Assembly: GCA_029785215.1 (NCBI GenBank)
Contig: JAFMAB010000003.1
Span: forward strand, 9,430 to 73,429
Source of the DNA: Nitrososphaerota archaeon
Lineage (GTDB): Archaea > Thermoproteota > Nitrososphaeria > Nitrososphaerales > Gagatemarchaeaceae
Direction: 5' to 3'
DNA: 64,000 nucleotides
Both the position numbers and the translations under genes were made by a program. This document shows positions 49,196 to 58,096 of this stretch, piece after piece (the first letter of the stretch is position 1; the number at the start of each line of letters is the position of its first letter). The notes under the pieces were generated by a model. The model made no database searches. It was not told where the DNA came from and worked only from the letters and a program-made list of their open reading frames with translations.

Positions 49196-49520
49196 GTGGA
49201 GCCAGCTCCGACAAGTGCATGGGTTCTGCTTTCGAACCACTGGCTGGAGTTGACTGGTATTTGGGGAAATCGGGCTGAACATGTGGACGCTGCAGGCTGT
49301 CTTGGCCATGGATGCCATGCCTGTGCTCCGTGGCCGTCAATGTGTACACTCTCGATTCACGCTGATTGAACTCGCCGGCTGTCGCAGGCGAAGCACAGAC
49401 CGAGAGGCAGATAAAAGCCAACCCTGACGGCCCCCCGCGAGCCGACCGGAGGACGCTAAAACTGCGCGCACCCGAGGCTGGCCACCTGGCAGACTTAAGA
49501 CGCGACGGTTTCCACCCCAG

Positions 49521-50153
49521 TTGAGCTTGGAAGCGGTAATACGTTCCCTAAAGGCGACGGAGGTGAGATTCTCTGAGCAGCTTGAGCGTCGTGACAGGGT
49601 CATCAAGGGGAGCAGGGATGTCATCTCGGCGTCCTCACGGGCGATTATATCTGTCCATCTGGGAAAGATCAAGGACGGTGAAAGAGAGCTTTCGAGGGCG
49701 AAGTCGCTGCTGAAAGAGCTCAAACAGGGCACAGACGGCTCCTTGTCGAGGTACATCATCTCCCCTGAAACCGAGGTGGTGGAGGCCTCCGTCGTAATCT
49801 CGCTCGTGAAGGGGAAACCAATCCCTCCGATGGAGAGCATCGACTCCTCCCCAGAGGCCTATCTGCTCGGACTTCTTGACTCGGTGGGGGAACTGAAGAG
49901 GCTGGTGCTAGACTCGATCCTGGGGAGAGACCTCAAGGGCGCAAAGAAGTACTTCAAGGTCATGGAGGACCTCTACGCTGCGTGCTCCCCCCTCGCCGTC
50001 TATGACCATGTCGTGAACGGGGTCCGGAGGAAAATCGACGTGGCACGGATGCTCGTCGAGGACACCAGGGGCCTGCTCGCCGAGGAGATTGGCCGGAACT
50101 CTGTCAGCAGCTCCATGGCGCGGCTGGAGAAGAAGCTCGGGCGTCCGACTTAG
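49521..50153 (+). CDS. Translin family protein
   Basis: EVVEA, YLLGLLDSVGELKR, VRRKIDVAR. Confidence 0.88.
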   Translation: MSLEAVIRSLKATEVRFSEQLERRDRVIKGSRDVISASSRAIISVHLGKIKDGERELSRAKSLLKELKQGTDGSLSRYIISPETEVVEASVVISLVKGKPIPPMESIDSSPEAYLLGLLDSVGELKRLVLDSILGRDLKGAKKYFKVMEDLYAACSPLAVYDHVVNGVRRKIDVARMLVEDTRGLLAEEIGRNSVSSSMARLEKKLGRPT

Positions 50154-50749
50154 AAGTCCTTCAGCAGTCTGCTCGTCTTGATGTCTGGGTAGGGGGAGTC
50201 GAGGCGCACTACCTTGAGCTTCATTCCTCTCTGGGCCGCCTCCCTCGCGATTTCCTCCTCCATGTGATACTGGTCGTAACCTAGGGCGACCACGTCGGGA
50301 CCCGTCCTCTCGAGTGTGAGGTAGATGTCCCCCTCGACTCCTAGTACGGCGGCGTCGACGTACCTGAGGGCCGAGAGAAGCCTCGCCCTGTCCCCCTCCC
50401 CAACGAGGGGTTCCCGGTTCTTCCTCTTCCTGATCGTACTGTCCCGGGCGACGGAGACCACGAGCGCGTCTCCCAGACCCCGGGCCTTCTTTATGGTGTA
50501 CAGATGCCCGTAGTGAATCACCTCGAAGCCGCCTCCTATGAAAACGACCTTGATCGCCCTCCTCCCGCGGGGAGTCAGCTCGGCTCCCTTACCCCCGAGT
50601 CTCACCAGCCCGAGCCTCGACAGCTTCTCGAGTTCGCCTCTTGCTTCCTTCGGCCCAAGACCGAGCCTCGCAGCGAGCCCCCTTACCCCCGCGTTCCTCC
50701 CGGTGACCCGCAACGAATACACGGCGGCGAGGACCCTCTTACTGTTCAT
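50150..50749 (-). CDS. ribL: FAD synthase (cytidylyltransferase family) with N-terminal winged HTH
   Basis: GGFEVIHYGH, VARD, PDVVALGYDQ, KTSR; N-terminal wHTH. Confidence 0.8.
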   Translation of the reverse strand: MNSKRVLAAVYSLRVTGRNAGVRGLAARLGLGPKEARGELEKLSRLGLVRLGGKGAELTPRGRRAIKVVFIGGGFEVIHYGHLYTIKKARGLGDALVVSVARDSTIRKRKNREPLVGEGDRARLLSALRYVDAAVLGVEGDIYLTLERTGPDVVALGYDQYHMEEEIAREAAQRGMKLKVVRLDSPYPDIKTSRLLKDF

Positions 50750-50752
50750 CTG

Positions 50753-51793
50753 TCACCAGTCTATCTTTGCCACGCCTGCGAACGCCAGGGAGTCCAAAAG
50801 CCCTTCGGCGTACCCGATGCTCAGCATGGCCATCTCATCCTCTCCATTGGCCAAGAAGCTCTCGGCGTCTTTCACGTAGAGCTCCGCGTTCTCCACAACG
50901 TGCTCGTACTGCGCGCTCAGCTTCGGTTTCAACGTCCCCAGTGCCTTCCTCGTTTTGGCCACGTATCTCGGGACCAGCACCTGAGCGGTTTTGAGCACAC
51001 CATCCGAGTTGCTCCTGACATCCCTATCCGAGAGGGCGAATATGGCCGCGACAGCTTCGACCTCGGAGAAGTGCAGCCGTCCCGGGATTATGACGCTGTG
51101 GGGAGGCTCTCCATACTCAATCTTGGAAAGTTCACCAATGCTCCCGGCGGCTGGCTTGTATCCTTCGCGGCCGAGCCTCGAAAGAACGATGGCGAACGTC
51201 TTCTCAGACACCACCCCGCGCTTGAAGTTCGCCTCGGCCAGTAGCAGCCCTGCCATGGCGGCCCCTGGGGCCACCCCGTCTCCGCTCTGGGCATCGTATT
51301 CGAGTAGGAGAAGGGTATGTGCACCCTCCAGCAGGTTTGAGTGGATGATGTGGTAGGCTTGGGTCAACTTCCCCACTGACTCCCTTGTCACAGTGACAGT
51401 CCTGGAGAACTTGTACGAATGCAGCCCGCTTTCACTGGCGGCCGCGGAGGCTATGGTCGCCGAGTGCACGACGCGGCTCTCGATTCCCTTTTTGATGGCC
51501 CTCGCCCTGAGCTCGTTGTGGGTGGTTGCTATCATCGGGTCTCCCAGCGTCGCTAGCGCGACGCTCTTGTTCGCCGCCTCATCCAGTATTCTGCTCCCAC
51601 TCTCAACGAATTCCCTATCCACGACTGTCAGTTCCTTCCCTGTGGCCTTCGCAATCTCCCTTAGAAGGGCGGGCTCATGGGGCGTAGTGTAGTATTCGAG
51701 GTATACGACATCGGCAGCCTTCAGCTCATCGATTGCTTCTAGTGATGCTCCCCTAGGCCCGAGGCCCAGTCCGACAAACGCGAGACGGCCCAT
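50753..51793 (-). CDS. dph5: Diphthine synthase with C-terminal DUF357 domain
   Basis: VGLGL, YLEYYT, GDPMIATTH, HTLLLL, LHFSE; SIGYAEGLLDSL tail. Confidence 0.92.
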   Translation of the reverse strand: MGRLAFVGLGLGPRGASLEAIDELKAADVVYLEYYTTPHEPALLREIAKATGKELTVVDREFVESGSRILDEAANKSVALATLGDPMIATTHNELRARAIKKGIESRVVHSATIASAAASESGLHSYKFSRTVTVTRESVGKLTQAYHIIHSNLLEGAHTLLLLEYDAQSGDGVAPGAAMAGLLLAEANFKRGVVSEKTFAIVLSRLGREGYKPAAGSIGELSKIEYGEPPHSVIIPGRLHFSEVEAVAAIFALSDRDVRSNSDGVLKTAQVLVPRYVAKTRKALGTLKPKLSAQYEHVVENAELYVKDAESFLANGEDEMAMLSIGYAEGLLDSLAFAGVAKIDW

Positions 51794-51948
51794 GGGTCTG
51801 CCCGACGCGGCCCATTATATCAATCCAGATTGGCTTCGTGGGGCGCACGTCTCCTGCTATGATGCGTCGACCGCCTATCAGGTGTCACTTGGCTGGTCGA
51901 TGGCATTGGGAACCCTTTTAATTCTGGCCAATCGGCCGCACCTTCGGT

Positions 51949-52064
51949 GGGCCCTTGGCTCAGCCAGGTTAGAGCGGCTGGCTCTTAGCTAGCTGTGGGA
52001 GTCACCAGCATGCCGTGGGAGGCGCTAAAGTCGCCCGCGAATTCGAATCCCACAGGGCCCGCCA
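51949..52064 (+). tRNA. tRNA-Lys(CUU) with two introns (37/38: 51988-52003; 53/54: 52020-52041), encoded CCA
   Basis: Acceptor GGGCCCT/AGGGCCC, D stem GCTC/GAGC, anticodon stem GCTGG/CCAGC with CTT at 51984-51986, T stem GTGGG/CCCAC with TTCGAAT; TTTTAA box about 30 bp upstream. Confidence 0.92.
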
Positions 52065-52171
52065 CCACACCTTACACAAGTCCACAATTCTGCAGGTGGT
52101 CCCACATCTTCCAAACCTGAGAATCGTCACGTTGCCTTATTAGCCCAACTCCGTGGCGCAGACTTCGACAA

Positions 52172-53658
52172 TTGTCGCTCAAGACAGGGAGGACGGCGAA
52201 GTTCCCGTTCCCAAAACTGGACGCCGAGGCTAGGACGGGGAATTTCGAAGTCCAGCTTCCCTACACCATGGAAGAGGCCATGGAGGAGGCCAGCCGGTAA
52301 GTCACCTGCGGGAATCCGGTATGCATGGACGTGTGTCCGCTCCAGACGGACATCAGGGGCATGTGCGAAGCCGTGTCTAGGGGGGACCGGGCGACCGCCT
52401 ACCGCAGGATACGCGAGACCAATCCTCTTCTGGGGACCACGGCCCGCTGCTGTCCTCAGCTGGATAGTCTCTGTGAGACCGCCTGCGTCATCGAGACCAG
52501 AGGAGAACCTGTGGCCTCGAGGATGATACAGCGCTTCGTTGCCGACTGGGAGAGGGCCGTGTCCAGGCAGCCTGACCCCGTCTCGAGGCCTCCTTCCGGC
52601 AGGAGAGTCGCGGTGATCGGAGGGGGCCCTGCAGGGCTGGCCGCGGCGGAGCTGCTCACGAGGTTCGGCCATTCAGCGACCATTTACGACGAGCTCTCCA
52701 ACCTGGGAGGGACCGCTTGGTACGGGATTCCGGACTATCACCTCCCCAAGGACGTCCTCCGCTACGAAGCGGCCAGGATAGTGGGCATGGGTGTAGATGC
52801 GATTACAATGATGAAGGTCGGCAGGGATGTCATGTTCGACGACCTCCGGGCAGACTACGACGCCGTGCTCATCGCCACGGGGGCCAAGGATGTGCCGAAG
52901 CCCGACACCCCCGGGTCTGACCTGAAAGGCGTCTACGACTGGTACAAGTTCCTCGAGGACGTCTTCATTGACGGGGTCGACAGGTACCTAAACGACCCGA
53001 AATATGAACTCGGCAAGCGCGTCCTTGTCATAGGGGGAGGGGACAGCGCATTGGACTGCGCCCGGACCGCCCTGAGGCTGACGGGGGGCGAGGTCACTAT
53101 GGTCTATCGTAGGACGGAGGCGGAGATGCCGGTCGACAAGATACTGATCGAAGAAGGGAAGGAGGAGGGGCTCCGGCTTAGGTTCCTGCTCTCCCCGAAG
53201 GAGTATTCAGGAGAGGGGGGAGGGTGACCAAGGCGGCCATGTCGATGATGAAGCTAGGCGAGGTCGACGCCTCCGGGAGGAGGAGCCCTGTACCAACCAG
53301 CGAGACGATAGACCTCGAGTGCGACTCGGTCATCGTCGCCGTAGGCCGCGGCCCGAACTCGTTCATCGGAAAGCTGGCCGGGCTCAAGTCTGGTCGTAAG
53401 AGTGGGATTGCTGTCGACGACAGTTCCATGACCTCGCTCCCGGGCGTGTTCGCGGCGGGGGACGTGGTGACGGGGGAGACCTTGGTCGTGGAAGCTATGG
53501 CCAAGGGGAGGGACGCTGGCCAGAGGATTCACGAGTATCTGCTTGGGCTCGAGACCAGGCACGTCTCTCTCTATGATTGCTACTTCACAAGACGGACCAC
53601 CGGGTGGTACTACCGCAAGATGATGGACGGCAAGGACGAGGCCCCACCCCCCGACTAG
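52172..53658 (+). pseudogene. GltD/SudA-like NAD(P)H-dependent Fe-S flavoprotein, disrupted
   Basis: EEASR*VTCGNPVCMDVCP (TAA at 52298-52300), GGGPAG, GGGDSALD, frameshift in G-run 53215-53220, GVFAAGD. Confidence 0.85.
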
Positions 53659-53794
53659 CCCGTCCTCCCCCGGCGACCCCTCCGCCCATGAAGTGCCGTC
53701 TGGGGGTCCTGATTCGACAGTTGTCAAACTTCCCCCCCATGCAACTCGGCGTTCGCTAAATCTTATATCAGCTCCTTGTACGGAGCCCTTGCGC

Positions 53795-53989
53795 GTGAAG
53801 TCGAAAGATGCCGTGGCTGGCATACTGATCGCGATTCCGTTCCTTGTGTACTTCGCCATCCCAACATACAATGTGGTGAACCCGTTGTGGGGGGGAGTTC
53901 CTTTCTTCTGGTGGTATCAGACCGTCTGGCTTGCCATCAGCGCCGTATTCTTCTTCATCGCGGCTTTGTTACTAGGGAGGAAGGGCTGA
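53795..53989 (+). CDS. DUF3311-type small membrane subunit of SSS transporter
   Basis: PLWGGVPFFWWYQ, two TM helices, immediately upstream of the symporter. Confidence 0.85.
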   Translation: MKSKDAVAGILIAIPFLVYFAIPTYNVVNPLWGGVPFFWWYQTVWLAISAVFFFIAALLLGRKG

Positions 53990-53990
53990 C

Positions 53991-55478
53991 ATGATGGCTA
54001 TAGACGGAGTGATCGCATTTCTCTCGCTGTTCGTCGTCTTCGTCGCCCTCGGGTTCTTCGGGTCACGCTGGAGGCGGGGCGACATGAACAACCTCAGCGA
54101 GTGGGCGCTCGCGGGGAGGAGGATGGGGACGTACCTGGTCTGGTTCCTCGTAGGCGCGGACCTCTATACAGCGTACACCTTCATCGCGATTCCGTCAGGG
54201 GTCTATGCGAAGGGCGCCATATACAATTTCGCAGTCCCCTACGTCGCTCTGACGTTCGGGATAGCCATCCTGTTCATGCCGAAATTCTGGCGCATCACAC
54301 GCGAGAAGGGGTACATCACCGGAGCCGACTTCGCGAAAGGGACGTTCAACAGCACGACTCTGGCCATACTGATCGCCATAGTTGGGATAGTCGCCGAGCT
54401 CCCCTACATCGCGTTGCAGATAGTCGGGATGCAGGCCATCCTGACCACGATGCTGGCTGGGGTGTCAAACGTGACGACCGACTCAGAGATATCGCTCATC
54501 ATCGCGTTCATCGTCCTCGCCGCATTCACCTACACGAGCGGGCTCAGGGGAGCCACCCTCACGGCGGTCCTGAAGGACATCCTGATATTCGGAGGGGTCA
54601 TAGCAGTGATAGCGGCGGTGGCAATCGGCGGGGGCTTCTCCGCTGGCTTCACCGCCAAGCCTGTTTACTCGACATTGGCTCCGGCGCTGGAGAACGCGTA
54701 CTGGAGCATATTCATCGTTAGCGCGCTGGCGCTTTACCTGTACCCACACGCGATGAACGGGGTCCTCAGCGCACAGGACGCAGAAAAGGTGAGGAAGAGT
54801 TCCGCGCTCCTTCCGATCTATGGCGTAGGGCTCGGGCTGCTCGCGCTGTACGGGGTCGTCATCTATGGAAACTCCGCTGCCCTTCACTTCGTGAAGGCGA
54901 ACGGTGGGAGCGGCCTCCTTGTCGTCCCATCCATAATACAGAGCGTCTTACCGCCTTGGGCCGCAGGTATAGCCTTCCTGGGGATTTTCATCGGGGGCCT
55001 CGTCCCGGCCGCTATCATGGCCATCTCCCAGGCGAACCTGCTCACGAGGAACATCGTCAAGGTCTTCAGGCCCAACCTGTCTCCGGCCGGGGAGACGCAG
55101 ATAGCGAAGTGGGCGTCCGTCGCCTTCAAGTTCATCGCCCTGGCTTTCGTCTTCGTAGTCAATTCGACATACGCGGTCCAACTGCAGCTCTTCGGGACGA
55201 TACTCGTGGTCCAGACTCTCCCTTCAATCTTCGGAGGCCTGATTACGAACAGGCTGAACAAGTACGGGCTCATCGTCGGCCTGGTGGCGAGCGAGCTTCT
55301 CGGAATCTACCTGATGGCGGATGCGAACAAGTTCGGCACGTGGTCGACCTCGTTCTTCAACACCCCGCCCTTCGGGGCCTTCTATGTAGGCGCGACAGCG
55401 CTGGCCCTCAACCTGGCCATAGTCTTGGTCGCGACCCTGGTATCAAGGCCTAAAGCCGTCGTGACGCAGGGCGCTTAG
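53991..55478 (+). CDS. Sodium:solute symporter (MctP-like)
   Basis: EWALAGR, GADLYTAYTF, PYIALQ, LYPH, many TM helices. Confidence 0.92.
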   Translation: MMAIDGVIAFLSLFVVFVALGFFGSRWRRGDMNNLSEWALAGRRMGTYLVWFLVGADLYTAYTFIAIPSGVYAKGAIYNFAVPYVALTFGIAILFMPKFWRITREKGYITGADFAKGTFNSTTLAILIAIVGIVAELPYIALQIVGMQAILTTMLAGVSNVTTDSEISLIIAFIVLAAFTYTSGLRGATLTAVLKDILIFGGVIAVIAAVAIGGGFSAGFTAKPVYSTLAPALENAYWSIFIVSALALYLYPHAMNGVLSAQDAEKVRKSSALLPIYGVGLGLLALYGVVIYGNSAALHFVKANGGSGLLVVPSIIQSVLPPWAAGIAFLGIFIGGLVPAAIMAISQANLLTRNIVKVFRPNLSPAGETQIAKWASVAFKFIALAFVFVVNSTYAVQLQLFGTILVVQTLPSIFGGLITNRLNKYGLIVGLVASELLGIYLMADANKFGTWSTSFFNTPPFGAFYVGATALALNLAIVLVATLVSRPKAVVTQGA

Positions 55479-55510
55479 TGTAAGTAGCCGTCCTTCCAGG
55501 CGGTCGAAGA

Positions 55511-56530
55511 ATGAAAGCCGCGCAGTTCGAAACGCCTGGAGGGCCGGAGGTCCTCTCCTACAGAGAGGTCCGAGACCCCGAACCTGGTGGTTCAGAGGTC
55601 GTCCTGCGCGTGTCCTTCTGTGGCGTCAACAGAATCGATGTATGGGCACGGAGCGGGAAATACAAGACGTCTCTGCCGCACATCCCGGGGACAGACATCT
55701 CCGGCGAGGTAGTAGCATCAGGGCCGGGGGTCAAGGGTGCCCTGCCTGGGGACAGGGTCTTGGTCTATCCTGTACTCTCCGACGGGTCGTGCGTCTATTG
55801 CCGCCAGGGCAGACAGAACCTCTGCCTATCCAGGGGGTTCGTCGGGATCGCGACAGACGGAGGCTACGCAGAGCTCGTCAAGGTCCCTGCTGACAATCTC
55901 ATCCCTCTGGGTGGCCTGGACCCCAAGACCGCTGCGTGCCTCCCTGTAAACTTCGGGACGGCCTGGAACGGCCTCGCGGGGAAGGCTGGCGTCGGAGGAG
56001 GGGACACGGTCCTGGTCTGGGGGGCCGCCGGCGGGCTGGGCCATGCAGCGGTCCAGGTCGCCAAACACCTCGGAGCGACCGTCATCGCCGTGGTGGGCGA
56101 TGAAAAGAAGAGCGGGTTCGTGAAGTCTCTGGGAGCAGACTCCGTGGTCGTCTCGAAGTCTGGCGACCTCGTAGAGAAGGTCCGCGCCCTCACCGACGGA
56201 CTCGGCGCTTCGGTGGTCTTCGACCACGTAGGAGGGGACACGTGGCCCATCAGCCTCGACTGCCTCGCGAAGGGAGGGCGGATGGTGACGCTCGGTCTCA
56301 CTTCGGGGGCCAAGGCAGAGTTGGACGTCCGCAGAGTGTATCAGGATGAGCTGAAGCTGATGGGGGTCTACGGACAATCCAGGGAAGACCTGAGCGCGGT
56401 CATGACGCTTGCTGCCTCAGGAAAACTGAAGCCCGCTGTATACAGGAATCTCCCGCTCAGCTCGGCGAGGGAGGCCCATGAGATTGTCGAGTCCCGCGAG
56501 GTGCAGGGGAAGGTCCTCCTGAGACCCTGA
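55511..56530 (+). CDS. Zinc-binding MDR alcohol dehydrogenase / quinone reductase
   Basis: PHIPGTD, DGSCVYC...C structural Zn site, GAAGGLG, GKVLL. Confidence 0.9.
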   Translation: MKAAQFETPGGPEVLSYREVRDPEPGGSEVVLRVSFCGVNRIDVWARSGKYKTSLPHIPGTDISGEVVASGPGVKGALPGDRVLVYPVLSDGSCVYCRQGRQNLCLSRGFVGIATDGGYAELVKVPADNLIPLGGLDPKTAACLPVNFGTAWNGLAGKAGVGGGDTVLVWGAAGGLGHAAVQVAKHLGATVIAVVGDEKKSGFVKSLGADSVVVSKSGDLVEKVRALTDGLGASVVFDHVGGDTWPISLDCLAKGGRMVTLGLTSGAKAELDVRRVYQDELKLMGVYGQSREDLSAVMTLAASGKLKPAVYRNLPLSSAREAHEIVESREVQGKVLLRP

Positions 56531-56583
56531 GCACAGCAGGGTTTCGCTTCGTTTATAGGCCGAGCCGGGTCGACTTCCGCACG

Positions 56584-57096
56584 TTGTACACCAGCACGGT
56601 AGTAGATGACGAGGCCCGCGCCATGACGGTCATGAAAGGGATGGAAGAAGCGTGGGCGCGCAAGGACGAATCGTACTTCATTGAAGTCCTCAGGAACGAG
56701 CCGAGCCTAGTCCTCCGTGTCCACGCCGTCTGCATCCTGGCGGAGGTCGGAGGGGAGGAGTCTGTCCCAGCCCTGGCGGACGTCTTGCTTCATGATCCCG
56801 ATCCCTTGGTCCGCCATGAAGCGGCTTTCTCTCTTGGTCAGATCGGGCTCTCGGAGGGGAACAAGGCGCTGGCCAATGCGGTAATCGAAGACAAAGACCC
56901 AATCGTCAGGCACGAATCAGCAGCCGCCCTTGGTTCGGTCGGGAGCCCCGAGTCGGAGGCCGTCCTCATGGAGGCGGAGTCTGACCCCGACGAGATGGTC
57001 AGGAACTCGGCGAAGGCGTCCCTCTTCAACATAAGGTTCCTGAAGCAGTACTCCTCCTCAGGGGAGACAGCCAGGGACAGGGCCCCCAGACCCTAG
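56584..57096 (+). CDS. HEAT-repeat protein with two His-Glu motifs (half-DOHH-like)
   Basis: VRHEAAFSLGQIG and VRHESAAALGSVG in consecutive HEAT repeats. Confidence 0.85.
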   Translation: MYTSTVVDDEARAMTVMKGMEEAWARKDESYFIEVLRNEPSLVLRVHAVCILAEVGGEESVPALADVLLHDPDPLVRHEAAFSLGQIGLSEGNKALANAVIEDKDPIVRHESAAALGSVGSPESEAVLMEAESDPDEMVRNSAKASLFNIRFLKQYSSSGETARDRAPRP

Positions 57097-57113
57097 CCTC
57101 CAACCCTTAAGTC

Positions 57114-57887
57114 ATGGGAGCCGGCCCGTCGGACCGCTTGAGGCTGGAGGGGAAGAGGGCCCTTGTCACCGGTTCCTCTCAGGGGATAGGCGCGGGGGTG
57201 GCAAAGCTCTTTGCGAAAGAAGGGGCGACGGTAGCAATCAACCACCGTCGGCGCTCGCCTCACGGGGAACCAGTCCTCCGGTCCATCAAGAGCGCTGGTG
57301 GGAAGGCCTTCGTTGTCCACGCCGACGTCTCGGACAGCTCAAGCGTCGATGCGATGTTCGATGAAGTCAGTGGGAAGCTGGGGGGCCTGGACATCCTGGT
57401 CAACACAGCGGGCTTGGCAGACCCGAAGCTGTGGAGCCTCAGCCTGGAAGACACCACCCTCGAAATGTGGAAGCGGGTCTTCGCCGTCGACGCCTTCGGC
57501 ACCTTCCTCTGCGTAAAAGGCGCAGCCAGGCTGATGGAACGCGGTTCTTCCATAATCAACGTCGCATCGATACCGGCCCTCGTGGGCGACACCGACGGTC
57601 TAATCTATGCCTCGGCCAAAGGGGCGGTCGTCTCCATGACCAGGATGCTGGCGAAGATGCTCGCCCCGAAGATCAGGGTGAACTGCATGGCGTTCGGGTC
57701 GATCGAGACTTCCTGGGTGAGCTGGCTGGGCGAAGAACAGAAGCGCTCCTACCTCGGCGCCATCCCCCTGGGGAGGTTCGGAAGGCCGTCGGAGGCTGCC
57801 AGCCTCGCGCTCTTCCTGGCCAGCGACGAGTCCAGCTACATCACCGGGCAGGTGGTGTCCCTCGACGGGGGAGAGGCACCCCGCTAG
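57114..57887 (+). CDS. SDR family oxidoreductase (FabG-like)
   Basis: TGSSQGIG, YASAK, SYITGQ, DGG. Confidence 0.92.
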   Translation: MGAGPSDRLRLEGKRALVTGSSQGIGAGVAKLFAKEGATVAINHRRRSPHGEPVLRSIKSAGGKAFVVHADVSDSSSVDAMFDEVSGKLGGLDILVNTAGLADPKLWSLSLEDTTLEMWKRVFAVDAFGTFLCVKGAARLMERGSSIINVASIPALVGDTDGLIYASAKGAVVSMTRMLAKMLAPKIRVNCMAFGSIETSWVSWLGEEQKRSYLGAIPLGRFGRPSEAASLALFLASDESSYITGQVVSLDGGEAPR

Positions 57888-58096
57888 GCCCCCGCTGCGC
57901 GATAGAGCCCCCCTTTCTTCTCAAGCTTCGCCAGCGCGGCTTCCACGCTGTCGGCCTCGCTGACTACCCCGTTTTCGATCGCCTTCTCCCATAGGCCTAT
58001 GAACGTCTCCAGCCCCTCTCTCACCTGTTCGTCCTTCCCTGACTTGGTCCTTTCCAGCTGCCGTAGGTAGTCGCGTACACTGACGGTCTCGCTCAC
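57884..58096 (-). CDS. 70-aa hypothetical protein translationally coupled to the mevalonate-pathway GHMP gene
   Basis: GTGA overlap at 58093-58096; helical SETVSVRDYL...KKGGLY. Confidence 0.65.
   Translation of the reverse strand: MSETVSVRDYLRQLERTKSGKDEQVREGLETFIGLWEKAIENGVVSEADSVEAALAKLEKKGGLYRAAGA

Noticed and set aside
50753..51793. Dph5-DUF357 fusion, and the short eL15 at 40346-40807, as novelties
   Set aside because: As far as I recall, both are general features of Nitrososphaerota; used only as taxonomic hints.
52298..52300. Possible selenocysteine or pyrrolysine recoding at the Cys position
   Set aside because: The codon is TAA, not TGA or TAG, and the gene has a second lesion.
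52064..57900. Integrated element at the tRNA-Lys 3' end
   Set aside because: No integrase and no duplicated tRNA 3' end (att site) were found downstream.
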